Shown here in pieces: positions 25,841 through 36,208 of a DNA stretch of 64,000 bases (the first letter of the stretch is position 1; each line of letters begins with the position of its first letter). The stretch is taken from positions 32,001-96,000 of IMG/VR virus record IMGVR_UViG_3300043772_003377; one strand, given 5' to 3'. The DNA comes from a virus. The position numbers were made by a program, and so were the translations under genes. The notes under the pieces are model-generated. The model did no database searches, was not told the origin of the DNA, and saw only the letters and a list, made by a program, of their open reading frames with translations.

Positions 25841-26904
25841 TATTGTTCTACTGCTTGAAGTTTATTTAATTGTTCTTCAAAAGATTCTAATCTTTTGTTA
25901 ATATATGATTCAAATAATTCTACCGATTTTGAATAAAATTCTTGTTCTGTCGGTAACTCAGATACGGTTTTTTTCATCCCTTCAAATAAACCTTCACTAA
26001 CATTATCTTCTAACCAATTCTGTAAAAATTGGGAAGTAAAATCAACCAATTGATTTTTATTATTAATCCATAATCCATTATCTTCATTCATCCAACTAGG
26101 TACTAAATTAGGTACTAATCCGATAACAGGAACTCCTGACTTCATAGATTCTAAAGGAAATGTTCCATAAGCACTTGTCTCGTCAATCCATATTGAAACA
26201 AAACAATCTTTTAAATTTTTTGCAAATTCTTTTTGAGACAACCCTCTCATATCTTTAAATGTAATCCATCTGTATTGAGGGAATTTAATATAAAAAGTCT
26301 TAATAAAGTTTGAAGTATCTCTTTGTTCTCTTGAGTGGATTGCGATAATTGGTTTTGCAGGATAATTACTTGGAACAAAATGTTCAGAAATAAAAGGTTT
26401 TAAAACATCATAAGAAACGCTTCTCATAACACTTTCAAGATATTCTTTTTGAATCTCAGAAGTTGTAATACATTTATAAAATCCGTGTTGAGTCCAAGTT
26501 TGACCTGGTTGTAATGTTTCTAACATATGGTCGTACGCTTGACACAAAATAATCTTACCACAAGGTAAATTTGCTATCTGACTCATTACAAATCCAAATA
26601 ATTCGGGGATAATAATAAAGTCTTCAGGTGCAACTTCCAAATTTTGTCCCTCAATAGCTTTATGAGGTAATTTTTCCATATATTCAGACCCTAACCACCC
26701 AGATACTCCAGTATAATCAGGTTTTTCGTGTAACATAATAACATTGTAACCCGATTTTAATAACGACATACCTAAATTGTAAATGTAACCAATTGAGGCT
26801 TTCGCATTACCTTTTGTGTCCTGAACCAAAAGATAAATTCTCGATTTTTTTTCTTTTAAATTTTTAACTGATAATTCCAGTTTTGATGTTTGTTCTTGAT
26901 TCAT
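25840..26904 (-). CDS. Putative glycosyltransferase, GT-B fold
   Basis: DFIIIPE; C-terminal YGTFPLESMKSGVPVIG resembles the GT4 E-x7-E region. Confidence 0.65.
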   Translation of the reverse strand: MNQEQTSKLELSVKNLKEKKSRIYLLVQDTKGNAKASIGYIYNLGMSLLKSGYNVIMLHEKPDYTGVSGWLGSEYMEKLPHKAIEGQNLEVAPEDFIIIPELFGFVMSQIANLPCGKIILCQAYDHMLETLQPGQTWTQHGFYKCITTSEIQKEYLESVMRSVSYDVLKPFISEHFVPSNYPAKPIIAIHSREQRDTSNFIKTFYIKFPQYRWITFKDMRGLSQKEFAKNLKDCFVSIWIDETSAYGTFPLESMKSGVPVIGLVPNLVPSWMNEDNGLWINNKNQLVDFTSQFLQNWLEDNVSEGLFEGMKKTVSELPTEQEFYSKSVELFESYINKRLESFEEQLNKLQAVEQ

Positions 26905-26907
26905 AAT

Positions 26908-27183
26908 TTAATATTTGTTTATTAATTTTTTATTTAATAAAGAGTTAAATGATAATTTAAAAGGTATTGATAAATCGTTAGTTCCTTTTAAACCTAACGT
27001 TTCATCCACCTCAGCGTCTTCAGTTAAAACCGTATCAATTAACATTTTTACCATCTCATATTTAACCACAGATATTTGGTTTGTAGTGTCTCCCGAAAAT
27101 TCGCTTTCTATAGGGTCTACATTTATGAAATCCTCAATTTCATCTAAATCGAAATAGTAGTGGTCACCTAAAATTTTTAACAT
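26908..27183 (-). CDS. Hypothetical protein
   Basis: 91-aa acidic ORF within the operon. Confidence 0.7.
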   Translation of the reverse strand: MLKILGDHYYFDLDEIEDFINVDPIESEFSGDTTNQISVVKYEMVKMLIDTVLTEDAEVDETLGLKGTNDLSIPFKLSFNSLLNKKLINKY

Positions 27184-27776
27184 ATTACTTCTTTTAATTT
27201 GTTTTCAAAATCTTTAATAGTTGTAATCGTATTTTGATTTTGAATTTGTTTATTGTAGTCAGTCTCAAATTTTATAACAATTTTGTCTGACGGATAGTCT
27301 AATAATAAGGAAGGATTTGATGTAAGTAAAACATCAATTTCCTCCCACATAGAATTAATTGTGTAATTACTATAAAATTTTACCTTTTCAAATAGACAAC
27401 CGAACTTAGATAGGAAAAATAAAGTGGCCGGTTTTGATTTACCAATCTCATCTGATATAATGACAAAATCGTGATCATCTCTCATATTAAGATAAATTTG
27501 ATTTAAATCGTTAAATGATGAATATTCTGTTGATTGAGAATGTCCAAATATTTCCATCGGAAATTCTTCATAAAGAAATGAAAATAATTCTTCATCATTT
27601 CTAAAATTAAAATGTTCCTTCAAGTCTAAAGACTCAATAGGTAATTTAATTTCATATTTAAAATCTTCTTCAGACTCGATTCCTTCAGTTTTATCTATTA
27701 GGAATTTTTGATATGTCTGAGTGATTTTATCCATAGTGTTTCTTAATACACCATTAACATCAACTCCTATTCTCAT
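27177..27776 (-). CDS. HAD-superfamily 5'(3')-deoxyribonucleotidase-like protein with degenerate catalytic motifs
   Basis: MRIGVDVNGVLRN (DxDGV-like), KPATLFFLSK, and a C-terminal YNK. Confidence 0.6.
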   Translation of the reverse strand: MRIGVDVNGVLRNTMDKITQTYQKFLIDKTEGIESEEDFKYEIKLPIESLDLKEHFNFRNDEELFSFLYEEFPMEIFGHSQSTEYSSFNDLNQIYLNMRDDHDFVIISDEIGKSKPATLFFLSKFGCLFEKVKFYSNYTINSMWEEIDVLLTSNPSLLLDYPSDKIVIKFETDYNKQIQNQNTITTIKDFENKLKEVIC

Positions 27777-27862
27777 AAACAAATTATATTGTTTAACAAA
27801 AAAATGTAAAGTTTTTTGTTAATTTTAGAAAAAAAAGAATAATTAGGATATTTATTTAATAT

Positions 27863-28861
27863 ATGGAAGAAAATAAAAAAAAGATTTGGTCTGAAGAAGA
27901 AATTATTTTTTTAAAGAAAAATTATTCAGATATGTTTAATTACGAATTGTGTGAAGTTTTACGTAGAACTGAACAATCTATTTATTTAAAGGCCAATAAA
28001 TTAGGATTATTAAAATCAAAAATACACAAATCAAAATGTATTTCTAAGAGAAATAAAATGGTTGGTAGAGATTTGGATAATGATATGTTGTTATTAATCG
28101 CTAAAAAATATAAAACCAGATCAGAATTCCAAAAGAATGACCCCGCAGCGTACTCAACTTCAAGAAGAAAGGGTATTTTGGATGAAATTTGTTCTCATAT
28201 GATTTCTAAATCATTTAGTATTCCACAATTAATACTTAAAGATATTGTTTCTAAATTATATAAAACCGATAATGTAATTTATAACGATAAAAAAACATTA
28301 AATCCTTACGAAATCGATGTGTATTTACCTGATTATAATCTTGGGTTTGAGTATAACGGTAAAGGGTGGCACATCGATAATGTAAGAGATAAATTAAAAA
28401 ATGAATTATCTTTATTAAATAACATTTTATTAATAACTATAACCGAAAATAATAGAGATTATGAGTCGGACATTAAAAATCAATTAATTTTTAATATTGA
28501 AAATTTCAAAATAAAAACTTCTGTTAATGAAATTAATGATATTATCATAGATAATCCATATTCTAAAATATATGATATAGACGATTTAATTAGAATTACC
28601 AAATCCTACAACTCTTTTAAAGATTTTTATAAAAATGAACAATCAGTATATGTTAAAATATCAAAATTGGGTTTAATTGACGAATTAACCAAACATATGT
28701 GTTGTAGAAGGAAAAAACGAGAATTAAACGAAGTAATTGAAAAAATAAATATGTACCAATATCTTAATGAATTAATCACTAAAGATCGTGGCACTTATCT
28801 GTATGTTAAGAAAAATAAATTAGAATATTTATTGAACAACCTAAAAAGAATTAAAAATTAA
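27863..28861 (+). CDS. Free-standing putative homing endonuclease (Vsr/DUF559-like) with helical DNA-binding repeats
   Basis: N-terminal WSEEEIIFLKKNY HTH-like unit; AKKYKTRSEF...AY...HM repeats; YEIDVYLPDYNLGFEYNGKGWH; it is the only plus-strand gene inside a minus-strand operon. Confidence 0.7.
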   Translation: MEENKKKIWSEEEIIFLKKNYSDMFNYELCEVLRRTEQSIYLKANKLGLLKSKIHKSKCISKRNKMVGRDLDNDMLLLIAKKYKTRSEFQKNDPAAYSTSRRKGILDEICSHMISKSFSIPQLILKDIVSKLYKTDNVIYNDKKTLNPYEIDVYLPDYNLGFEYNGKGWHIDNVRDKLKNELSLLNNILLITITENNRDYESDIKNQLIFNIENFKIKTSVNEINDIIIDNPYSKIYDIDDLIRITKSYNSFKDFYKNEQSVYVKISKLGLIDELTKHMCCRRKKRELNEVIEKINMYQYLNELITKDRGTYLYVKKNKLEYLLNNLKRIKN

Positions 28862-29586
28862 TCGTTGTAACGTTTAATTATTTCTTTAATTATTGGATTT
28901 CTAACGACATCACTATCAGTAAAAGTACTGATTCCAATACCTCTTACATTATTAAGTCGTTTTATCGCGTCATATAGACCCGATTTCTCCTTATCTTTAA
29001 ATTTGTCCGATTGTTCAATATCTCCTGATATGAAAAATTTGCTATTAAAACCAATCCTTGTTAATATCAATTTCATTTCTAACGGGGTTGTATTCTGACT
29101 TTCCTCAACCACACAAATCGCATTGTCTATGTTAAACCCTCTAAGGTATGAAATAGATAGAACCTCAATAAAACCAGCATCTTTTAATTTTTCCCTCGAT
29201 TCTTTACCTATAATTTTATTTAATAAGTAATAGGATGGTAAAATATAAGGCTCCATTTTTTCCTCGTAAGTACCGGGAAGACTTCCTAAACGGGAGTCCC
29301 CACCCTCAACAACGGGTCTAATAATTATTATCTTTTCATATGGTGTTGTTGGGTCACCTAATAAATCAATAGCCGCCTTCATAGAAATGTAACTTTTACC
29401 TGTACCCGCAGGACCTGAGCAAATGGTTATTTCATTGTCTAATAGAGTGTCATAGTATTTCTTTTGATTTTCAGTTAAAAATTTTTGTTTAGTTTTCTTT
29501 TTTACAATTTCACAAATAATTTCTTTTTTTGTTTTATAAATTTTTTGTTCATCGTTTTGAACACTTGGTTTTTTCTTTTGAGTCAT
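28858..29586 (-). CDS. phoH: PhoH-family ATPase
   Basis: GPAGTGKS Walker A; RPVVE, LGSLPG, LRG, EESQN, LTRIG, GDIEQSD, DVVRNP. Confidence 0.95.
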   Translation of the reverse strand: MTQKKKPSVQNDEQKIYKTKKEIICEIVKKKTKQKFLTENQKKYYDTLLDNEITICSGPAGTGKSYISMKAAIDLLGDPTTPYEKIIIIRPVVEGGDSRLGSLPGTYEEKMEPYILPSYYLLNKIIGKESREKLKDAGFIEVLSISYLRGFNIDNAICVVEESQNTTPLEMKLILTRIGFNSKFFISGDIEQSDKFKDKEKSGLYDAIKRLNNVRGIGISTFTDSDVVRNPIIKEIIKRYND

Positions 29587-29596
29587 ATATTATTTT

Positions 29597-31105
29597 TTAC
29601 TCGAAATGAAGTTTATCTTTTAATTTTTCGATATTACTTACAACAAAAGGTAATAGATTATTTTTATAATCATAGTGTAATTTATTTATATTTTCAGAGT
29701 CCTCGTTTCTACTTACAGATTCGTAATGGTACGCAACCAAATTACCATCAGTATAATTTTCTAAACCATTTAATATACAAGACATATTAAGTTCAACATC
29801 CTCAAAACAGCTAACATATTTTTCATTAAAAAAATTACACTTTTCAAAAATATTTTTACGAATCATTAATAATCCGCCGGTATTACCTAAAACTTTTTTT
29901 ATGGATAAATCAAAATTATAGTAACAATTAAGTCCTATGTGAGAAACTCCAAATATTTTATTTTTATTTATAATTCCGTAGATTCCATTATGTTGTATGG
30001 TGTTATTTTCATAATGTAATCTACACCCAACGGTTCCAACTTTAACATTTTCCTTAAAAATTTTTAACATACCATAGATAATGTTATTCATAACTTTAAT
30101 GTCGTTATTTGAAAATAGGATAAATTCGTATTCGTTACTAATATGATTTTTAACAACATCATTATTTATTTTGGCGAAGTTATAGTAATCATATTCTATT
30201 AAATTTATGTTATCGTGTGAAGAAATAAAATTTTTAATTTTTGTTTTTTCTTCTTCACTTGACCCTGTATCGGCAATAAAAATACTGAACATATTTTTAT
30301 TACAATGTTCATAGAAAGAATTGATACAATCGAATAACATTTCAATTTTACCTTTTGTGGGTATAACAATCGCAACCTTACCTATATTTTTAATAAGTTT
30401 TTCTTTAATCTCAGGAACATAAATTTTATTAGGTTTTAAATCTAAAGGTAATACGTGTCTCCATTTTTGTAAGAATTTTTCTTTTGACTCATAGAATTCT
30501 TGATTTGGTCTCCCTACAGACTGATGAGTAATTTCAAATGAAGATGTTACACCAATTTTAACGTCATCCATATAATTTGGTATACAAAATAAATGATCGT
30601 AAAAGTGAAACTTACCAATCGATTCATCAAATTTATGTTTGATTTTAGTCTTATCAAATGAAATGAACAAACCATCAATTGTTACTACCGGTATTAAAAA
30701 AGGTAATTTTGGAGAATATTTACTTAGAAATTTTTTTTGACCTTCAGGTTGATGATAAACTTGACCGACCATAGTTTGGAACATTTTCTCCCAATAAACT
30801 CCTGATTCGGGAAAATAACAAGAACCGGCTTTCCCAATTATACCAAATTCAGAATTATTTGAAAAATCTGATAGTAGTTTTTTACCCCAACCTTTTTCAA
30901 GGTGAATGTCATTATGACAACAAACAACAATGTCGAATTTAGATTGTTCAATACCATAATTATAAACTTGAGATAATGAATGAGTGTTGTGATTAACAAA
31001 CTCAATTATTTGAACATCCTTTAAACCAACACTATCTAAGATATGTTGTTTAAATTTTTTATTGTAGTTCTCGTCTTTGTGCGTTGAATAAATTATTGTT
31101 ATCAT
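29597..31105 (-). CDS. Two-domain glycosyltransferase (tandem GT-A/GT2-like domains)
   Basis: N-domain YNYG...VVCCHNDI...IDGLF...FHFYD; C-domain VAIVIPT...IADTGS...NFAKINN...FSNNDI...FEDVEL...YHYES. Confidence 0.85.
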   Translation of the reverse strand: MITIIYSTHKDENYNKKFKQHILDSVGLKDVQIIEFVNHNTHSLSQVYNYGIEQSKFDIVVCCHNDIHLEKGWGKKLLSDFSNNSEFGIIGKAGSCYFPESGVYWEKMFQTMVGQVYHQPEGQKKFLSKYSPKLPFLIPVVTIDGLFISFDKTKIKHKFDESIGKFHFYDHLFCIPNYMDDVKIGVTSSFEITHQSVGRPNQEFYESKEKFLQKWRHVLPLDLKPNKIYVPEIKEKLIKNIGKVAIVIPTKGKIEMLFDCINSFYEHCNKNMFSIFIADTGSSEEEKTKIKNFISSHDNINLIEYDYYNFAKINNDVVKNHISNEYEFILFSNNDIKVMNNIIYGMLKIFKENVKVGTVGCRLHYENNTIQHNGIYGIINKNKIFGVSHIGLNCYYNFDLSIKKVLGNTGGLLMIRKNIFEKCNFFNEKYVSCFEDVELNMSCILNGLENYTDGNLVAYHYESVSRNEDSENINKLHYDYKNNLLPFVVSNIEKLKDKLHFE

Positions 31106-31135
31106 ATTTGTTTATTTTAATAAAAATACCTGTAA

Positions 31136-31696
31136 CTATAGTTTTTCAAAAACCATTATAGTGTTTCTAAAATAAGAACATTTATCTTCAGGAACTAGTC
31201 TTGCATCTTCGCTCAACCCCTTTAAATACCTAAAACCTAAATCTTCAATTAATGGAAGTATCTCATCATTATTAAGTTCATTAAAATGCCCATACCCCCC
31301 TTGACCTCTAACCGCCCAAGATAGGATTAAATACTTATCGCAATTATTTTTTAGATTATTCAGTAATATTTGTTGATATTCTTTAGGTATATGTTCACCC
31401 ACTTCTAAACAAATAACAATTCCTTTTTTATCCAATACAATTGGTTGGGCTAAATTTAATTTTAAAATGTTAAACTCGTAATCAGTTTTCATAGGGTCAG
31501 CTTCAACACCTGTAATATTTTTAAACCCCCTATTATGTAAATCATTTAGATAATAACCTAAACCACATCCAAAATCATAAATTTGATGTTCTTTATAATC
31601 ATTTAAAAAATTAGAAATCCAATTACTTAGATTCTCACTATGTATATGATGTGAAACCGAATTTTCTTTTAACCAATAACCTGTGTTGTGTATCAT
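31136..31696 (-). CDS. Class I SAM-dependent methyltransferase
   Basis: IYDFGCGLG; ICLEVGEHIP; GQGGYGHFNE. Confidence 0.85.
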   Translation of the reverse strand: MIHNTGYWLKENSVSHHIHSENLSNWISNFLNDYKEHQIYDFGCGLGYYLNDLHNRGFKNITGVEADPMKTDYEFNILKLNLAQPIVLDKKGIVICLEVGEHIPKEYQQILLNNLKNNCDKYLILSWAVRGQGGYGHFNELNNDEILPLIEDLGFRYLKGLSEDARLVPEDKCSYFRNTIMVFEKL

Positions 31697-31720
31697 ATTT
31701 TATTTTATTTTATTTTATTG

Positions 31721-32386
31721 TTATATTAAAAAATTATTAGTTCGTCTATATCCAATGTGGTAGCAAGATGTATTTTCTAACGTTGCGGATAAGTAATTAA
31801 ATTGTTTTGTATGTACAGAACAATAATATTCGTCCCCGAAAGCTGAAATTCCATGTGGAAACATTTTATTATAATCAGATTTTCTTCGTAATCCTGGATT
31901 CCAAGAATATCCATTCCATATTTGAGTTGTTGATACGACATAACTTTGTGTTAATAACCTATATGGGACTAATTTGGTGGTTAGAAGTTTTTCTGAACTA
32001 ATAGGATGTAAATAATCATATCTATGTCTAATATAGACTTGATGTATACTTAAATTTTCTTGTAGTATCTCTAAAGAATCTGAAATAAAATTAGAATTAC
32101 CATCAAACAACCAATCGTCCTCACAATGAAATATATATTCATTTTTAGAATTAGTAAATAAATTATCCAAGCTTTTAGATAACCCTAATCTTGGGTTATT
32201 TTTTATTATTCTAAATTTATCACCAAACTTACTAACTAATAATTCGTTAGTTTCATCATTACCGGAATCGTCTGACATTATGAATTCATCAATGGGGTAA
32301 TTACTTGTTTTAAAAAAACTATCAATTGTTTTCTCTAATAAACCAATTCTATTACAAGATGTGATAGTAAATGTTATAGGTATCAT
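31721..32386 (-). CDS. Glycosyltransferase, GT2-like
   Basis: ITSCNR...TIDSF...SDDSG...YIFHCEDDW...WNPGLRR...HIG. Confidence 0.85.
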   Translation of the reverse strand: MIPITFTITSCNRIGLLEKTIDSFFKTSNYPIDEFIMSDDSGNDETNELLVSKFGDKFRIIKNNPRLGLSKSLDNLFTNSKNEYIFHCEDDWLFDGNSNFISDSLEILQENLSIHQVYIRHRYDYLHPISSEKLLTTKLVPYRLLTQSYVVSTTQIWNGYSWNPGLRRKSDYNKMFPHGISAFGDEYYCSVHTKQFNYLSATLENTSCYHIGYRRTNNFLI

Positions 32387-33111
32387 AAAATCACCATATT
32401 TTTTTCGTTTAAAATTTTATCCATCATATTGTAAACCCATTCAATTTCCGAGTAATGTTTACCCCATTTTTTCGTTTTATTTAATTCACTTAGTCTTGAT
32501 AATCTTTGTTTATAAATGTTGCCAACATATTCTTTACCCAAATATTTATAATGTAATATTTTAATTTCGTCACAATATGAAAATATTGAATTATTTGATG
32601 TACAATGATGTGCTCCTACATCAAATCTAATATCTATCTTTGGGTTAAAAATTATTGATTTAGATAAATACGTCATTTTTCCTGACCCTATTTTAACTTT
32701 TTCAAGTAATGATTTCCCGTCGTATTCTGGAAATACTTCAGAAACCATTTCGTGTCCTGAAGTATTAATTATAGTTATACCTTCGTTTTTGTAACGGGAT
32801 AAAACATTTAATAAATTCGGGTGATAAACAAATTCATCACAATCACACGTTATTACCCAATCAACATTATTTCTACTTCTGTCTTTATAACAATTACTTT
32901 TAATATCGACATAATTCATTTCATTAATTTCATTATTACTATTCCACTTAATAACCTCAACCTTTGGGTATTTAGAATATATTTCATCGGACGAATCTGT
33001 CGACATATTATCCCAAACAAAAATTTTTTCACAAAATGACGAATAATGGTCTAATGTAAATGGTAGCATTTTTTCCTCATTATAGGATAATATATGTGCG
33101 TGTATATTCAT
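32383..33111 (-). CDS. Glycosyltransferase, GT2-like
   Basis: YNEEKMLPFTLDHY...WDNMSTDSS...DWVITCDCDEF...LHYKY. Confidence 0.85.
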   Translation of the reverse strand: MNIHAHILSYNEEKMLPFTLDHYSSFCEKIFVWDNMSTDSSDEIYSKYPKVEVIKWNSNNEINEMNYVDIKSNCYKDRSRNNVDWVITCDCDEFVYHPNLLNVLSRYKNEGITIINTSGHEMVSEVFPEYDGKSLLEKVKIGSGKMTYLSKSIIFNPKIDIRFDVGAHHCTSNNSIFSYCDEIKILHYKYLGKEYVGNIYKQRLSRLSELNKTKKWGKHYSEIEWVYNMMDKILNEKNMVIL

Positions 33112-33112
33112 A

Positions 33113-33817
33113 TTATAGAACTAAATTAAATTTTTTATTAACAAATTCAGATATACCGTCTAAATTATTTTCTCTCGGTTTTCTTGGGTAGATATTAACA
33201 ATCTCAGATTTCAATGATAAAGTTTCTAATAAAAATAAATTAGATGTCGATACTGTATGTATTTCGGAAGCATTTTCAATAATTTTACCCCAATCTAATA
33301 ATGTAAAACCATTTATAAAATCCATATTAACAATATCAAAATTAGACTCCGTTTGAATTGGGACATTCCCATCACTCCATCTACTATTCACCAAAATGTA
33401 ATTTTCATTTTTTACCAATAAATTATACAATTCATTTTCTTTTTCTATATTCCTTTCCCAACTCAATGTTTTCCATAAATTTTCAGATAGATTTAACATT
33501 CGGTATTTATCTAACATAGTGTGATATTGATCCGAATAATCGTGAGGATTTAAATTTCTAAAAATTGGATTTGCAAATCTTAGAGGTATGTGAATAATAG
33601 AATCATTAATTTTACCAAAAAAAGTATTTTCATAATTAAAATTAAAATCACTTTTTTTTACAAAATTAATATATGGTATATAATCTTTTATCCAAAAATA
33701 TTCGTCTAAAATAGGCCAAATAATTTCATTTTTACCATTCTCATATAAATGTTTTGCTATAGGTTCACAAAATAATATATCCCCCAATCCTTGAAATTGA
33801 TTAATTAAGTACTTCAT
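33113..33817 (-). CDS. Putative glycosyltransferase (GT-B-like)
   Basis: QFQGLGDILF at the N-terminus; DWGKIIENASEIHTVSTS. Start set at the ATG overlapping the upstream TGA. Confidence 0.55.
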   Translation of the reverse strand: MKYLINQFQGLGDILFCEPIAKHLYENGKNEIIWPILDEYFWIKDYIPYINFVKKSDFNFNYENTFFGKINDSIIHIPLRFANPIFRNLNPHDYSDQYHTMLDKYRMLNLSENLWKTLSWERNIEKENELYNLLVKNENYILVNSRWSDGNVPIQTESNFDIVNMDFINGFTLLDWGKIIENASEIHTVSTSNLFLLETLSLKSEIVNIYPRKPRENNLDGISEFVNKKFNLVL

Positions 33818-34302
33818 TTTTCGCACATCGACATAAAAGAATTATTTAAATCGGTCTGACTGACAAAAATATTCTTATAATTTTTATGGGTTAGATAATT
33901 TTTAATTATTTCGGGTGTAAAAATATTTAAATGTTTTCTATTATTCCAAGGTCTCCAATATTCTTGCGAATAATCGGGTAGATATATAAATAACGTACCA
34001 CCAATTTTCAATGTATCATACCAATAATCCATAACCTCAACCCAATTTTGGATATGTTCTAAACAATGACTTGAAAATATGTAATCAACATCCTGTTTTG
34101 GTAAGTTTAATGCGTGATACCCATCTTTAAATGATTCGTCTATTGGAATTGAACCTGGAAACGACCATTCAATTTTCATACACCCAATGTCATAACCTTC
34201 CCCTATACATACGTGTTTTGCGAATGGAAACGCGAATTGAGACGCAAAACCTTCACATTGAAAGTGCGGATATATTTTATTTTTATAATTAATAATCTTC
34301 AT
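33814..34302 (-). CDS. SAM-dependent methyltransferase (type 11-like)
   Basis: GYDIGC; DYIFSSHCLEH; LKIGGTLFIYLP. Confidence 0.85.
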   Translation of the reverse strand: MKIINYKNKIYPHFQCEGFASQFAFPFAKHVCIGEGYDIGCMKIEWSFPGSIPIDESFKDGYHALNLPKQDVDYIFSSHCLEHIQNWVEVMDYWYDTLKIGGTLFIYLPDYSQEYWRPWNNRKHLNIFTPEIIKNYLTHKNYKNIFVSQTDLNNSFMSMCEK

Positions 34303-34313
34303 AATAAATTTAA

Positions 34314-34853
34314 TTATTTTTTAATTCCCCAAAAATACAAATCACAATCAATAGGATTAAACGTAAATTCATATTTGGAGAATATGTTATCAGGATTAAT
34401 AACGTCTCTTATATCTTCTTCTGTTAAATTTTTATAATAATTTCCCCATTCATCTAACCCATTAAGTAATGGGGCGTCTTGAGGTTTGGTTCTTCTAGTT
34501 CCGTGTTCTGGTCGACCTGTAGACGCACAGGTAAACGTGAATAATCCCCCTGATTTAGTTAATAATATGGCATTTTTAATTGTTTCAGAATAAAACATAT
34601 CGTGTTCAAAACATTCTGAACTAATTACGATATCGAACAAAACTTCACTTCTGTATTCGTGACCTTTACTAACAATGTCTACATTTGGTCCTTTACCAAC
34701 ATCTACTCCAACATAAGTATATTCATCGAATAAAAATCGGTTATTACCATTAATATCTAAAGATCCTATATCTAATACCGAACAATTGATGAATTTTTCG
34801 GGAAATAATTTTTTAACATTAATGAAAAAATTTTTTTGTGCCAGATGAGCCAT
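34314..34853 (-). CDS. SAM-dependent methyltransferase (type 11-like)
   Basis: VLDIGSLDING; YVGVD...GPNVD; FDIVISSECFEHD. Confidence 0.85.
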   Translation of the reverse strand: MAHLAQKNFFINVKKLFPEKFINCSVLDIGSLDINGNNRFLFDEYTYVGVDVGKGPNVDIVSKGHEYRSEVLFDIVISSECFEHDMFYSETIKNAILLTKSGGLFTFTCASTGRPEHGTRRTKPQDAPLLNGLDEWGNYYKNLTEEDIRDVINPDNIFSKYEFTFNPIDCDLYFWGIKK

Positions 34854-34880
34854 ATTATTTTTATTTATTTTTATTTATTT

Positions 34881-35477
34881 TTAAATACCTGTCGAACCGA
34901 ACCCGTTACTGCCGCGGTCTTTATCAAATTTATTATTGCTTTCAGTTGGATTTACCCACTTACCATTAACCACAGGACATAAAACCGCTTGAGCAATTTT
35001 CATACCTTTATTAATTGTGAAAGGTTCTTTATTTGTATTAAAAATAATAACCTTTACTTCACCTGTATAAGAATTGTCCACGGTTCCTGGCGAATTTAAA
35101 CACATTAAACCTTGATTTATAGCTAACCCACTTTTAGATCTAACCTGAATCTCATATCCATCTTTAATGTCAAAAGATAATCCTGTAGGGACTAATGCTC
35201 TACCTAACCCATCAACAACAACTTCTTCAGTAGAATATAAATCAAATCCCGAATCTCCATCATAATTGTATTTTGGACTAACAGCGTCTTCGTGTAATTT
35301 ATGGAATGGTAAATCCATTTTTGGAACATAATTGGACATATCCTTTTCTAACCCAAGAATATCCACCCCATATTCCTCTTCAATTAAATTGTAATCAATA
35401 TCGTTATTTTCATCATCACCTAACATTGACCTCAATTTTTTTGTTTGTTCTCTGAGAGAATTTAAATCGTAATTCAT
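34881..35477 (-). CDS. dut: Trimeric dUTPase with an N-terminal extension
   Basis: Motifs SGFDL, RSKSG, NSPGTVDNSYTGE, KIAQ, RGSNGFGSTG. Confidence 0.95.
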   Translation of the reverse strand: MNYDLNSLREQTKKLRSMLGDDENNDIDYNLIEEEYGVDILGLEKDMSNYVPKMDLPFHKLHEDAVSPKYNYDGDSGFDLYSTEEVVVDGLGRALVPTGLSFDIKDGYEIQVRSKSGLAINQGLMCLNSPGTVDNSYTGEVKVIIFNTNKEPFTINKGMKIAQAVLCPVVNGKWVNPTESNNKFDKDRGSNGFGSTGI

Positions 35478-36208
35478 TCTAACTCTTTTAATTTTTTAAT
35501 TACTTTTATTAATACATTAACATCTTCTTCACAATATTCGGATATTTCTTTTAATTTCCCACCATTCCAATAAGAATCGTGAACATTATCTCCTTTAACT
35601 TCCCCTTCTTTTGATGAAGGTAATCCAAGACAAGAACATAATAAATCTAAGGAACCTATTGAACTATATGAACCATATTGCCAAATTTCTTTTGTATCAA
35701 TCGCTTTTATTTCCCAAGGTTTTGTGTCATAACTCGGTAAAATAGATGAAGGCATTATTCCGTTTACTATCATTCTTTTGGCAATCATTGGAATATCAAA
35801 ATTCTTTAAATTATGTCCGCACAAAAAGAACTCTAATTTTGAACATCTATCAAGTAAAACTTTACAAGATTTTAGTAATTCTTTTTCATCGTGACCTGAA
35901 AATGTTTGTCTTTTAATATCTCCACTATCAGTAACAAACGCGAAACTAACACAAACTATTTTGGCGAACTCAGGAACTAAAGCCGATCTTTTAATGAAAA
36001 CATTATTTTTATGGTCGAAAATTTCCTGAAGATTAGCGCCAGTTCCAATATCGTCTTCAGGAAATCTTTTCAAGAACCAATCAAAATATTTATCGAATTG
36101 CGAACATAAGTTTACGTCTTGTTCTAAAAAGGTCGTGTAGTTTTTATAACATCCGACCGTTTCAATATCCATAAATAATATCTTAGTTAAAGGAATTTTT
36201 ACAATCAT
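35474..36208 (-). CDS. DEDD 3'-5' exonuclease (PolB-exonuclease-like)
   Basis: ExoI FMDIET, ExoII GHNLKNFDIP, ExoIII YCEEDV. Confidence 0.85.
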   Translation of the reverse strand: MIVKIPLTKILFMDIETVGCYKNYTTFLEQDVNLCSQFDKYFDWFLKRFPEDDIGTGANLQEIFDHKNNVFIKRSALVPEFAKIVCVSFAFVTDSGDIKRQTFSGHDEKELLKSCKVLLDRCSKLEFFLCGHNLKNFDIPMIAKRMIVNGIMPSSILPSYDTKPWEIKAIDTKEIWQYGSYSSIGSLDLLCSCLGLPSSKEGEVKGDNVHDSYWNGGKLKEISEYCEEDVNVLIKVIKKLKELE

